A stretch of DNA of 64,000 bases from an uncultured Enterobacteriaceae bacterium (GTDB taxonomy: Bacteria > Pseudomonadota > Gammaproteobacteria > Eutrophobiales > Eutrophobiaceae). The notes beneath the pieces are model-generated. The model had not been told where the DNA came from. It was given only the letters and a program-made list of their open reading frames with translations, and ran no database searches. The stretch covers positions 9,392 to 73,391 of the forward strand of contig CAZDXS010000245.1 of NCBI GenBank assembly GCA_964509455.1. Direction: 5' to 3'. The translations under genes were made by a program, and so were the position numbers. This document shows positions 38,132 to 47,420 of the stretch, piece by piece (position 1 is the stretch's first letter; each line of letters opens with the position of its first letter).

Positions 38132-39034
38132 TTACTCCTCGGGCTCGAATATGAAATCGAAGTTCCGAAGCCTCAGCCGGTCCAAGGTCTCCGTGTTGCG
38201 CGGCAGGGGCAACGGCGAGGCCTGCCGCACGGCGATAATGGCGCGCTTGTCAAACAGGTCGTTGCCGCTGGTTTTGCTGATCTTCACGCCAACCACCTCG
38301 CCGCCGGGCACGGTCTGCACTGTTAATACGCATTTCAGCCCCTGCGGCAAGCCGGCCTTGTTGAAATGGCCTGATACCTGGTGAGAGACGTCGGCGATGA
38401 CGCTTTTCATCAGTTTTTGGTCCCGTTCGCGCTGGGCCTGTTGCGCCGCCGCCCGGCGGCGGCGCTCCTCTTCCATGCGCTGACGCTCCTCCTCGGCTTC
38501 GCGTTTTGCCGCCTCGGCCTGGCGTTTTTGCTCCTCGGCCGCGCGTTGCTCTGCCGCCAGGCGCTTGCGCACCGCCTCCTGCTCCTGCTGGTTCGCCTCC
38601 AGGCGCTTGCGCTCTGCCGCCAGGCGCCGGTCCTCCGCCGCCTGTTTTTGTTGCGCCGCCGCCTGCTTTTTTCGCTCCGCCGCCAGGCGCCGGCGCTCGT
38701 CCGCCGCTTTTTTCTCCTCCGCCTTGCGCCGCTGCTCCGCCGCTTGGGTTTTCTTCTCTGCTTCCTTTCTTTTCCGCTCCGCCGCGCCGGCTTGTTGGTC
38801 CAGCTCCCTCAGGCGTTTTTCCCGGGTGCGCCGCTCCCTGTCTTCCAGTTCTTGGAGCCTCTTGAGCTCCTCTTCAACGGCCTGGCTGTCCACGGTAACC
38901 GCCTCCACGATGTCTTGCGGGGGCGGCGGCAACACCGGGCGGTGCGCCAGGTTAAAGTTGCTGATCAAGGCCGCGCCGATGAGCGCGTGCAACACCAGCG
39001 AGTAAAACAGGGAACGCAGCGTCAGGAAACGCAT
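38132..39034 (-). CDS. tolA: Tol-Pal system protein TolA
   Basis: It has an N-terminal anchor, a long K/E/A/R-rich helical domain II and a C-terminal domain III. It sits between tolR and tolB. Confidence 0.85.
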   Translation of the reverse strand: MRFLTLRSLFYSLVLHALIGAALISNFNLAHRPVLPPPPQDIVEAVTVDSQAVEEELKRLQELEDRERRTREKRLRELDQQAGAAERKRKEAEKKTQAAEQRRKAEEKKAADERRRLAAERKKQAAAQQKQAAEDRRLAAERKRLEANQQEQEAVRKRLAAEQRAAEEQKRQAEAAKREAEEERQRMEEERRRRAAAQQAQRERDQKLMKSVIADVSHQVSGHFNKAGLPQGLKCVLTVQTVPGGEVVGVKISKTSGNDLFDKRAIIAVRQASPLPLPRNTETLDRLRLRNFDFIFEPEE

Positions 39035-39037
39035 GAC

Positions 39038-39463
39038 TCATTGTTGCTCCGGCGGGCGGGTGACCAGTCCCACGCCTTTCGCGCCTGCGCGTTGCAACAG
39101 GACCAGGACCTGGGCGACCCGGCCGTAGTTGACCCCGGCGTCACCTTTCACCAGCACCGGCAACCGGGGGCGATACTTGACCAGGGCGCCGACCCGGTTG
39201 ACCAGCACCTCGGGCGAAACGGGCTGGTCCTGGTTCTCGCCGTAATTGATGAAAAAATTGCCCGCCGCATCCACGCTGACGATGACCGGGTCGCCGGCGC
39301 CGGCGGGCAACGGCTCCGACGGCGCGCGCGGCAGTTCAACGATGACTCCCTGGGACAGCAACGGCGCCGTGATCATGAAGATGATCAACAACACCAGCAT
39401 GACGTCGATGTAGGGGACCACGTTGATCTCCGACAGGGGGCGCTTGCGGGTGCGGGGACGCAT
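39038..39463 (-). CDS. tolR: Tol-Pal system protein TolR
   Basis: 141 aa from MRPRTRKRPLSEINVVPYIDVMLVLLIIFM (ExbD/TolR family). Confidence 0.92.
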   Translation of the reverse strand: MRPRTRKRPLSEINVVPYIDVMLVLLIIFMITAPLLSQGVIVELPRAPSEPLPAGAGDPVIVSVDAAGNFFINYGENQDQPVSPEVLVNRVGALVKYRPRLPVLVKGDAGVNYGRVAQVLVLLQRAGAKGVGLVTRPPEQQ

Positions 39464-39471
39464 GGGTGTGC

Positions 39472-40146
39472 TCAGCTGTGGGTCTGCCGATGCAAGATGG
39501 CGGAAAACTCTTCCGTGAACGTATCGTAGCGGTTGATCAGCCGCTCCACGTCGTTGGAAAACCGGTTGTAGGCAATCACCGCGGGAATGGCGGCAAACAG
39601 CCCCATGGCCGTGGCGACCAGGGCTTCCGCGATGCCGGGGGCCACCATGGAAATGGATGCCTGCTGCACGTTGCCCAGGGCGCGAAAGCTGTTCATGATG
39701 CCCCACACGGTGCCGAACAAGCCGATGTAGGGACTGGTGGAGCCCACCGTGGCGAGAAACGAAAGGTGCGTCTCCAGCTCCTCGATTTCCTTGTTCAAGG
39801 CGACGCGCATGGCCCGTTGCGCCCCTTCCATGATCACGTCCGCCACCACGCCCTCCTGTTGCTCTAAGCGAATGAACTCCCGAAAACCGGCCTCGAACAG
39901 CAACTCCATGCCGGTCGCCTTGTGGCGCTGGCTGCTGATGCGGTTGTACAGGGGCGTCAGCTCTTCTAAGGCCCAGAACCGCTCCTCGAAAGCGTCGGCG
40001 GCGCGGCGCGCCCGGTTCAGCCAGATGCGCTTTTTGAAAATCATCGTCCAGGACAGGACGGAGGCCAGGACCAGGACGGCCATCACCGCCTGGACCGGCA
40101 GGCTGGCGTTGGCAACCAGGTGAACGAAAGTCAGGTCAGGAGTCAT
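39472..40146 (-). CDS. tolQ: Tol-Pal system protein TolQ
   Basis: 224 aa of the MotA/TolQ/ExbB family (LATVGSTSPYIGLFGTVWGIMNSF). Confidence 0.94.
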   Translation of the reverse strand: MTPDLTFVHLVANASLPVQAVMAVLVLASVLSWTMIFKKRIWLNRARRAADAFEERFWALEELTPLYNRISSQRHKATGMELLFEAGFREFIRLEQQEGVVADVIMEGAQRAMRVALNKEIEELETHLSFLATVGSTSPYIGLFGTVWGIMNSFRALGNVQQASISMVAPGIAEALVATAMGLFAAIPAVIAYNRFSNDVERLINRYDTFTEEFSAILHRQTHS

Positions 40147-40182
40147 TATTGTAATCCACAGGTAGCGAAACCGGCGCGGACT

Positions 40183-41235
40183 TCATCCGCTCCGGAAAGT
40201 TTGCTCGAACAGGTCTTTTTCCACAACCCGCCCCGCCGGCGCGGGCATGCCGAAATGCTCCCAGGCGTTCCTGGTGGCGACGCGGCCGCGAGGGGTGCGC
40301 ATCACAAAACCCTGCTGTATCAGGTACGGCTCGATAACATCCTCTATGGTGTCTTTTTCTTCGCCCACGGCGGCGGCAATATTGTCCAGCCCCACGGGGC
40401 CGCCGTCAAATTTTTCGATGATGGCCAGCAGCAACCGGCGATCCATGGCGTCGAAGCCGTGCTCGTCCACTTTCATCATGTCCAGGGCCTGGGCGGCGAG
40501 CTTTGCGCTGACCCTGCCGTCCGCCCGAACCTCGCTGTAATCGCGGACGCGGCGCAACAGGCGGTTGGCGATGCGCGGCGTGCCCCGGGCGCGCACGGCG
40601 ATTTCCCGGGCGCCCGCCGCATCGATGGGCGTCTTCAATATTTGCGCCGAGCGGGCGACAATGTCCGCCAGGTCGTCCGCCGAGTAAAACTCCAGCCGTT
40701 GCACGATGCCGAAGCGGTCCCGCAACGGCGAGGTCAACATGCCGGCCCGGGTGGTGGCGCCCACCAAGGTGAAACCCGGCACGTCCAGCTTGATGGCGCG
40801 CGCCGCCGGGCCTTCGCCAATCATGATGTCGATCTGGTAGTCCTCCATGGCCGGGTAGAGGATCTCCTCCACGACCGGGCTCAGGCGATGTATCTCGTCA
40901 ACAAACAACACGGCCCTTGGCTCTAAGTTGGTGAGCAAGGCCGCCAGGTCGCCGGGGCGCTCTAACACCGGGCCCGAGGTCTGCGCCAGGGGTACGCCCA
41001 GCTCGTTGGCGATTACGTGCGCCAGGGTTGTCTTGCCGAGGCCGGGCGGGCCGAAGATCAGCACGTGATCCAGGGCTTCCTCCCGCCGGCGAGCGGCGCT
41101 GATGAAAATCTCCATCTGCTCATGCACTGCCGGTTGCCCCCGGTATTCCGCCAGCGAGCGGGGCCTCAGGCTGTTCTCGGCCAAGGCGTCCTCTTCCGAC
41201 CTGTCGGCGGAGATGACCGGGTCGGGCGCGTTCAT
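40183..41235 (-). CDS. ruvB: Holliday junction branch migration ATPase RuvB
   Basis: [23 protein letters not shown], Walker [12 protein letters not shown] and FVDEIHRL match RuvB. Confidence 0.97.
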   Translation of the reverse strand: MNAPDPVISADRSEEDALAENSLRPRSLAEYRGQPAVHEQMEIFISAARRREEALDHVLIFGPPGLGKTTLAHVIANELGVPLAQTSGPVLERPGDLAALLTNLEPRAVLFVDEIHRLSPVVEEILYPAMEDYQIDIMIGEGPAARAIKLDVPGFTLVGATTRAGMLTSPLRDRFGIVQRLEFYSADDLADIVARSAQILKTPIDAAGAREIAVRARGTPRIANRLLRRVRDYSEVRADGRVSAKLAAQALDMMKVDEHGFDAMDRRLLLAIIEKFDGGPVGLDNIAAAVGEEKDTIEDVIEPYLIQQGFVMRTPRGRVATRNAWEHFGMPAPAGRVVEKDLFEQTFRSG

Positions 41236-41554
41236 GTCGTCAGGGGGCGTAGCATGGGAACCGTCGGCGCAATTGGATCATTCTACAATCCAGGGCGCGG
41301 CGATGCAAGCCGCTGTGCCGGGCCGCTGGCATGCAACGCCTGGGGCGGGGACGAGCCCGGATCGGAGCGAAAGCGGACAACGGCGGGCGGCGGGGGCCTT
41401 ATCCCCGGCGCCGTGGTTGGCGCGGCGACGGCGGGCAGGAGAGACCGCGGGCCCGGCAAGCGCCGCACATCGCCTCGCGCAACCGCCCCGGCGCCCGGGC
41501 GGACGAATAACCGGCGCGGGAATAACGGACAGGCGTTGCGGGGCAGGGTATCAG

Positions 41555-44500
41555 CTAGGCGGTAACCAGGGTTACGTCCGGGTCCACGATGAAGCTGCCG
41601 GCAACGCCGGCGTACTGCTCGTAGTCCTCGCCGGCCACAGCCACGTCATCTCCCCGGGTGAAATCGTCCAGGTCGAAACGCAGAGTGTCATCGCTGTCGC
41701 CGTCGATGCGAAGCTGATAGTTGCCGTCGCCGTCCGCCAGCACCGCCAGGGCCTCAGTAGATAGGGTCAGGTCCGTGTTGCCGGCGCCTGCGCCCGCCAG
41801 GTCGATTTGCGGCACGCCCGCCAGCAGGGTCGCATCAACGGGAAGAAGCGCATTGGCTTGACCTGTCGACACCGCGGTCTGCAACTCGGACGCGACAGCA
41901 AGATCGGCAGAGTACGCAAAACCGTCCAGGGCGCCGGGGCCGGTTCGGCTCCAGCCGGACGCCAACGGCGCTCCATTCCCACCATGGAAAGTCACCGTGT
42001 AAGCGGGCCCATCGCCAAGGAGCGTTATCGTGTGTACGACCAGGTTGCCGGCGGCGCCCCACTGCCCGTGGAACTCCAGCCGGTCCAGCATGCCGTCGTT
42101 GTCGCTGTCGCGGCCCACCCAGTCCGGGCTGCCGTTGGCGTCGTGGTCATAGTGGTGTTCGTCGATGGCGCCGTCCCCGTCCTCATCAACACTGGAGCGT
42201 TCCACGATGCCGTCATCGCCTTCATCAAAGTCGGTGCGCACCACGGCGCCGGCCGCGTTGCGCGTGTAGGTCTCGGAGCGAATGGCAACATCGTCTCCCA
42301 GATCGTCCAACATGGAATCGAACGGAGTGCGCGCGCCTGCCTCGTCAGCGGCGCCGGTTTCCTTGCCGGCAACGCCCCGCGCACCAGGAGCGCCCGCGGC
42401 AGAGCGTCCCAGGCTGTTGCCGCTCCCACCCTCGATTCCAGGCTCCTCGGCAGGGGCGTCGCCCTCGCCGCCCACCGCCATCACTTTCTTGATCAGGTTC
42501 CCGTGGGCGTCGTAGGAGTAGGTCTCGATGCGATCCAACGTGCCGTCGCCCTCGTCATCGAACGCGGCCCGGTCGATGACCCCGTCCACGTTGTCATCGT
42601 AGTACGTGCCAATAACGGCGCCGGCGGTGTTCCACGCATAGACTTCCACGCGGTCCACGGTGTTGTCCGCATCGTCGTCAAAATCCGCGCGGATGATGCG
42701 GCCGTTGACGTCCCGCACGTAGGACTCAATACGGTCCACGGTGTTGTTCGCATCGTCGTCAAACCCGGTGCGGAGGCTGTTGCCCTGGTCGTCCCGCTCG
42801 TAGTAGGTCTCGATGCGGTCCAGGACCCCGTCCCCGTTCGGGTCAAAATGGGTGCGATCCACCCGGCCGTTGCCGTTGTCGTCGTAGTCGGTGCGAATGA
42901 TGATATTGGCGCCGTTCCGCGCATACGCCACGGTGCGCTCCGGGGCGCCGTCGGCATTGGCATCGAAGACGGTGCGGTCAATATAGCCGTTCGCATCGTC
43001 ATCGACGTCTGTGCGAATAACCTGACCCTGGCCGTTCCGCACATAGACTTCAACGCGGTCCGTCGTCCCGTCCGCGTCATCGTCAAAATCAGTGCGCAAA
43101 ATATTGCCGTTGGGATACCGCAGGTAGCTTTCCGTACGATCCACCGCGCCGTCGGCGTCGTCATCGAAGTCAGTGCGCTGAATACGGCCATTGGGGAACC
43201 GCGCGTAGGCCTCGGTGCGCTCCACAGTGCCGTCCGCATTGGCGTCAAAGTGGGCGCGATCCGCCCGGTCATCCAAATCGTCATCGAAGTCGGTCTGGAT
43301 GATGTCGCCGCCGGCGTTCCGCACGTAGGCCTCGGCGCGCTCCACTGTACCGTCCTCGTCCGCATCAACCCTGGCGCGGTCGGCATTGCCATCGCCGTCG
43401 TCATCGTACTCGATGCGCTCGGCCGTGCCGTTTTCGTTGGCGTCAAACTCCACCCGGTCCACCGTGCCGTCATCGTCCGCATCCACCTCGGTGCGCTCCG
43501 CCGCGCCGTCGGCGTCCGCGTCAAACTCGCGCCGGTCGACGATGCCGTCGGCGTCGCTGTCAACATCGGTCTGGATGACGTCCCCGGCGCTGTTTCGCAC
43601 ATACGTCTCGATGCGATCCAGCGTGCTGTCCGCGTTGTCGTCAAAGGCGGTGCGGGCAATGCGACCGGCGCCGTCCAGCGTGTAAGACTCGATGCGCTCG
43701 GCCGTGCCGTCGGCGTCATCATCAAACTCGGTACGGATGATGCGCCCGTTGCCGTCCCGCCCATAGGTCTCGATGCGCTCGGCCGTGCCGTCCGCGTCAT
43801 TGTCAAACTCGGTGCGGGTGATGCGCCCATGGCCGTCCCGCCCGTAGGTCTCGATGCGGTCCGCCGTGCCGTCATCGTTCGCATCAAACTCCACCCGGTC
43901 TGCCGTGCAGTCATCGTCCGCATCCACTTCGGTGCGCTCCGCCGTACCGTCCGCGTCCGCGTCAAACTCGCGGCGGTTGACGATACCGTCGGCATCGCTG
44001 TCAACACCGGTCTCAATGGCGTCGCCGTCGCTGTTCCGCACATACGTCTCGATGCGGTCCGCCGTGCCGTCCGCATCGTCATCGAAAGCAGTGCGGGTGA
44101 TGCGGCCGTCGACGCCCCGCGTGTGGGACTCGATGCGGTCCACCGTACCGTCGGCGTCCGGGTCAAAATGGTCGCGGTCAATATGGCCGTCCGCATCGTC
44201 ATCGAAGCGGGTGCGAATGATTTCCTTGGCGCCGTTCCGCAGGTAGTTTTCAGCGCGCTCAAACGTGCCGTCGCCGTCCGAGTCGAAGAATATCCAGTCA
44301 ATATGACCATCTTGATCCGTATCGACCTCGATGTCGGCAGATTGCGTGGCGACCCCGGACTGTTGCGGCGGCGCGGCATTCCCGGGGTCTTGCTCCTGCG
44401 GCTCGATGCGGTCCACCGTGCCGTCCGCGTCGTCATCGTACTCGGTGCGCGTCACCTGCCCGGCGGTATTGCGCGTATAGAACTCGATGCGATCAACGGC

Positions 44501-45346
44501 GCCGTCGGCATTGTCATCGAAGTCGGTGCGCTCCACCTGCCCGGCGGTATTGCGCGTATGATGCTCGATGCGCTCGCTGATCCCGTCATCGTTGTCATCG
44601 AACACCACCCTGACCAGGCGACCCTGCCCATCGTAAGCGTATATCTCCAGCCCCTCCGCAACACCGTCCGCATCGCCGTCAACCGCCGCCCGGGACGGCA
44701 ACCCGGCCGCATTGAAAAAGTTGTAGCGCAGGATCCTATCCGCCGTTCCATCGGCGTCGCTGTCCGTGGAGAGACGGACTACGCGCCCTTGGGCATCGTA
44801 GCCGTACTGTTCGATTCGATCCGCGGCGAACGCGGTCCCGTCGTAATCGTCATCGAACTGCACTTCAATCCGTTGCCCCACGTCCGCCTGGGAAATAGCG
44901 CCGGCATTGGCCTGCGCCTGGGCGCCATAGACATAGCGCTCCACACGGTCTACTGTGCCGTCCGCATTGTCGTCAAAGTCGGTGCGGACGATGCGGCTGT
45001 CGGCATCCTGCGTGTGTACCTCGGGGGGATTGACGGCATCGCTACCAGCATCGCCGGAACCTCCGGAATCATCAGAGCTTCCGGTGTCGCCGGAACTTCC
45101 CGTCTCATCGGGAACAGCGGGAGGTGCGTCAAAAAACCCGGGGGACAGCGTAGAAAGCAAGTCCAAGCTCGAGTAATAGCGATAGATCACATCTTCGTAT
45201 GTCACCTCCGAGGGAAAGATCTCGGGAAACAGCCAAAAAGCATCGGGCGTATAAACAGCGGGATCATAATGATCGTAAAAACGGGACGCCAGCCCAGCGC
45301 TTCCGTCCGGGATCAAGAAATCTCTTGTGTTCATTTCAGTCGTCAT
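41555..45346 (-). CDS. giant secreted-type repeat protein (~41 D-x-D-x-D-G calcium-loop/YD-like repeats; T1SS-like C-terminus)
   Basis: ORF 41555..45361 has a GTG start. ATG 45346 gives MTTEMNTRDFL. The ~28-30-aa unit DDDADGTVDRIETYxRxxxGxIxRTxF repeats throughout. The C-terminus is acidic and Gly-rich and ends DPDVTLVTA. Confidence 0.8.
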   Translation of the reverse strand: MTTEMNTRDFLIPDGSAGLASRFYDHYDPAVYTPDAFWLFPEIFPSEVTYEDVIYRYYSSLDLLSTLSPGFFDAPPAVPDETGSSGDTGSSDDSGGSGDAGSDAVNPPEVHTQDADSRIVRTDFDDNADGTVDRVERYVYGAQAQANAGAISQADVGQRIEVQFDDDYDGTAFAADRIEQYGYDAQGRVVRLSTDSDADGTADRILRYNFFNAAGLPSRAAVDGDADGVAEGLEIYAYDGQGRLVRVVFDDNDDGISERIEHHTRNTAGQVERTDFDDNADGAVDRIEFYTRNTAGQVTRTEYDDDADGTVDRIEPQEQDPGNAAPPQQSGVATQSADIEVDTDQDGHIDWIFFDSDGDGTFERAENYLRNGAKEIIRTRFDDDADGHIDRDHFDPDADGTVDRIESHTRGVDGRITRTAFDDDADGTADRIETYVRNSDGDAIETGVDSDADGIVNRREFDADADGTAERTEVDADDDCTADRVEFDANDDGTADRIETYGRDGHGRITRTEFDNDADGTAERIETYGRDGNGRIIRTEFDDDADGTAERIESYTLDGAGRIARTAFDDNADSTLDRIETYVRNSAGDVIQTDVDSDADGIVDRREFDADADGAAERTEVDADDDGTVDRVEFDANENGTAERIEYDDDGDGNADRARVDADEDGTVERAEAYVRNAGGDIIQTDFDDDLDDRADRAHFDANADGTVERTEAYARFPNGRIQRTDFDDDADGAVDRTESYLRYPNGNILRTDFDDDADGTTDRVEVYVRNGQGQVIRTDVDDDANGYIDRTVFDANADGAPERTVAYARNGANIIIRTDYDDNGNGRVDRTHFDPNGDGVLDRIETYYERDDQGNSLRTGFDDDANNTVDRIESYVRDVNGRIIRADFDDDADNTVDRVEVYAWNTAGAVIGTYYDDNVDGVIDRAAFDDEGDGTLDRIETYSYDAHGNLIKKVMAVGGEGDAPAEEPGIEGGSGNSLGRSAAGAPGARGVAGKETGAADEAGARTPFDSMLDDLGDDVAIRSETYTRNAAGAVVRTDFDEGDDGIVERSSVDEDGDGAIDEHHYDHDANGSPDWVGRDSDNDGMLDRLEFHGQWGAAGNLVVHTITLLGDGPAYTVTFHGGNGAPLASGWSRTGPGALDGFAYSADLAVASELQTAVSTGQANALLPVDATLLAGVPQIDLAGAGAGNTDLTLSTEALAVLADGDGNYQLRIDGDSDDTLRFDLDDFTRGDDVAVAGEDYEQYAGVAGSFIVDPDVTLVTA

Positions 45347-45606
45347 AAGTACCTCAGCCACGGCTCAATCAGTACGCCGGCCAGGATGTGTGACACTCGC
45401 ATTATGGCAAAAGTTCAAACAATTGTCAAGCGTGCGCGGGTTCATTACGCATTGAAATCCGGGAGTTGCTCAAGCAACGCTCGGGCCTAAGGACTCTTTT
45501 GTGTTCGTTTCAGTCGTCATAAGTACCTCCACTACAGCTCAATTAGCACGCCAGCCAAGACGTGTGACACCCGCATTATGGCAAAAGTTCAAACGGTCGT
45601 CAAGGA
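45322..45606. repeat. ~110-bp direct repeat at 174-bp offset covering the start codon and upstream region of the giant gene
   Basis: ttcagtcgtcataagtacctc occurs at 45335 and 45509. cattatggcaaaagttcaaac occurs at ~45400 and ~45574. Confidence 0.88.
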
Positions 45607-45813
45607 ATATGCACCGGCTCGCAACATACAACGTTTGGGGAGGGCGGGCAAGGCCTTGCATGGGTTCATATCATATTGGAATCCGGTAGTTAATCAAGTA
45701 GTGCCTGAGGCCGGGGACTTCAATCCCCGGCATCTGGGCGGGAGAGCTGGGTGGAGGGCGCACCAGGCAGGCAGGCGCGGGTAGGCAGCCGCGGCCGTGG
45801 GCAGACGCCACGG

Positions 45814-46419
45814 TCAGGCGACCGCCGCTTTCAGGGCGGCGCGGATCAAGTCCTCGCTGCTCATGCCCTCCCCCGCCGCACCGCGCACCAGGCGGCCGGC
45901 TTCCCTGGGGTTGTAGCCCAGGGCCACCAGGGCGGCGATGGCTTCGTTGACCGGCGCCGCTGCGCTCGTTGCGGGGGCGGCGCCCTTCCCGCCGGCGGCA
46001 GGCTCTGCCGCTGGGCGGTCTTTCAGGCGGTCGCTCATCTCCACGAGCAGGCGCTCCGCCATCTTCTTGCCGACGCCCGGCAGGCGGGTGAGACGCGCCG
46101 CGTTGCCGGTTTCTATGCATTGCACGAACTCGTCGGCGCCGATGCCGGACAGTATCGCCAGCGCTGTCTTGGCGCCTACGCCGCTGACCTTGATCAGGGC
46201 GCGAAACACGTAGCGCTCGTCCCCGGAGGCGAAACCGTACAGCAAGTGGGCGTCGTCCCGCACCACCAGGTGCGTCAACAGCTCAACCTCCTCGCCGGCG
46301 GGCGGCAGGACGTAAAACGTGTTCATGGACGCTTCCAGTTCGTACCCCACGCCTTGCACGTCCAGGGTCAGCGTCGGCGGTTGGCGGGCGATGATCCTGC
46401 CGCGCAGAAACCCGATCAT
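45814..46419 (-). CDS. ruvA: Holliday junction DNA helicase subunit RuvA
   Basis: 201 aa from MIGFLRGRIIARQPPTLTLDVQGVGYELEASMNTFY. The HhH motifs are LIKVSGVGAKTALAILS and LPGVGKKMAERL. Confidence 0.95.
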   Translation of the reverse strand: MIGFLRGRIIARQPPTLTLDVQGVGYELEASMNTFYVLPPAGEEVELLTHLVVRDDAHLLYGFASGDERYVFRALIKVSGVGAKTALAILSGIGADEFVQCIETGNAARLTRLPGVGKKMAERLLVEMSDRLKDRPAAEPAAGGKGAAPATSAAAPVNEAIAALVALGYNPREAGRLVRGAAGEGMSSEDLIRAALKAAVA

Positions 46420-46888
46420 GGCCGCAGCGCCGGGGTCTGCGGCTGGACGAGCGCCAGGGGGCGCCGCGAATGACCGCAGCGCAGGGCAACGTCCAGGGCC
46501 GGCGGCGGTTGGCGGGTGATGATCCTGCCGCGCAGAAACCCGATCATGGCCGCAACGCCGAGGTCTGCGGCCGGCCGGGCGCCGGGGGGCGCCGCGAATG
46601 ACCGCAACGCAGGGCAACGTCCAAGGCCGGCGTCGGCGGTTGGCGGGCGATGAGCCTGCCGCGCAGAAATCCGATCATGGTCGCGGCGCCGGGGTCTGCG
46701 GCTGGACGGGCGCCAGGGGGCGCCGCGAATGACCGCAATGCAGGGCAACGTCCAGGGTCAGCGTCGGCGGTTGGCGGGCGATGATCCTGCCGCGCAGGAA
46801 TCCGATCATGGTCGCCGCGCCAAGGTCTGCGGCTGGACGGGCGCCAGGGGGCGCCGCGAATGGCCGTGACACAGGGCAACGGCCAGGG
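46358..46888. repeat. tandem array, 4 units (128/131/131/131 bp), of the ruvC-stop/ruvA-start junction
   Basis: ATG copies are at 46419 (real ruvA), 46547, 46678 and 46809. Boundary motifs are ACGTCCAGGG (ruvA side, 46358) and ACGGCCAGGG (ruvC side, 46879). Confidence 0.92.
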
Positions 46889-47378
46889 CGTCGGCGGCAT
46901 CCTCCTGGGGCGGCTCCGCCAGGCACAGCAGGACCTTGACCATGTACTGCACCTGGGTTTTCTGCGCGTGTCCCTTGCCCACGGCAGCCTGCTTGACCTG
47001 GTTCGCCGTGTACTCAAAAACCGGCAGGCGCAGTTCGGCGCAGGCGGTGACGGCGGCGCCGCGGGCTTGCCCCAGCTTCAGCGCGGAATCGGCATTGCGG
47101 TACATGAATATTTTTTCGACGGCGGCCTCGGCCGGGCGGAATTCGCGTATTACTCCGGCAATTTCATGGAAAATTCGCCCTAGGCGCTCCGCCAGGGCTT
47201 CTCCTTGCACCGCGACGTGACCGTGGGTCACGTGCACGGCGTGATTGCCGGCAATGTCAATGACGCCGTACCCCGTTTGGCGAAAGCCCGGGTCAATCCC
47301 CAGGATGCGCACCACAGGCGCGGCGCCGGCCCGAGGCCGCGCCGGCGGCCGCTCAGTCCGGGCGGCGCCGGGCGTCAT
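46806..47378 (-). CDS. ruvC: crossover junction endodeoxyribonuclease RuvC
   Basis: RILGIDPGFRQTGYGVIDIAG...KIFMYRNADSALKLGQARG...DAADALAVALCHGH matches RuvC. The true start may be downstream of ATG 47378. Confidence 0.92.
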   Translation of the reverse strand: MTPGAARTERPPARPRAGAAPVVRILGIDPGFRQTGYGVIDIAGNHAVHVTHGHVAVQGEALAERLGRIFHEIAGVIREFRPAEAAVEKIFMYRNADSALKLGQARGAAVTACAELRLPVFEYTANQVKQAAVGKGHAQKTQVQYMVKVLLCLAEPPQEDAADALAVALCHGHSRRPLAPVQPQTLARRP

Positions 47379-47420
47379 GCATCCGGTCCCGGATCGCGGC
47401 GGCGCACGGCAACGCCCGGC

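Noticed and set aside
40147-40182. Absence of ybgC between ruvB and tolQ as a sign of rearrangement.
   Set aside because: The gap is 36 bp with no remnant. ybgC presence is variable among lineages and nothing in the sequence supports a recent deletion.
41320-41345. Sigma-54-like TGGCAT element upstream of ruvB.
   Set aside because: The downstream element at the required 5-nt spacing is GCCT rather than TTGC, and the orientation relative to nearby genes is not compelling.
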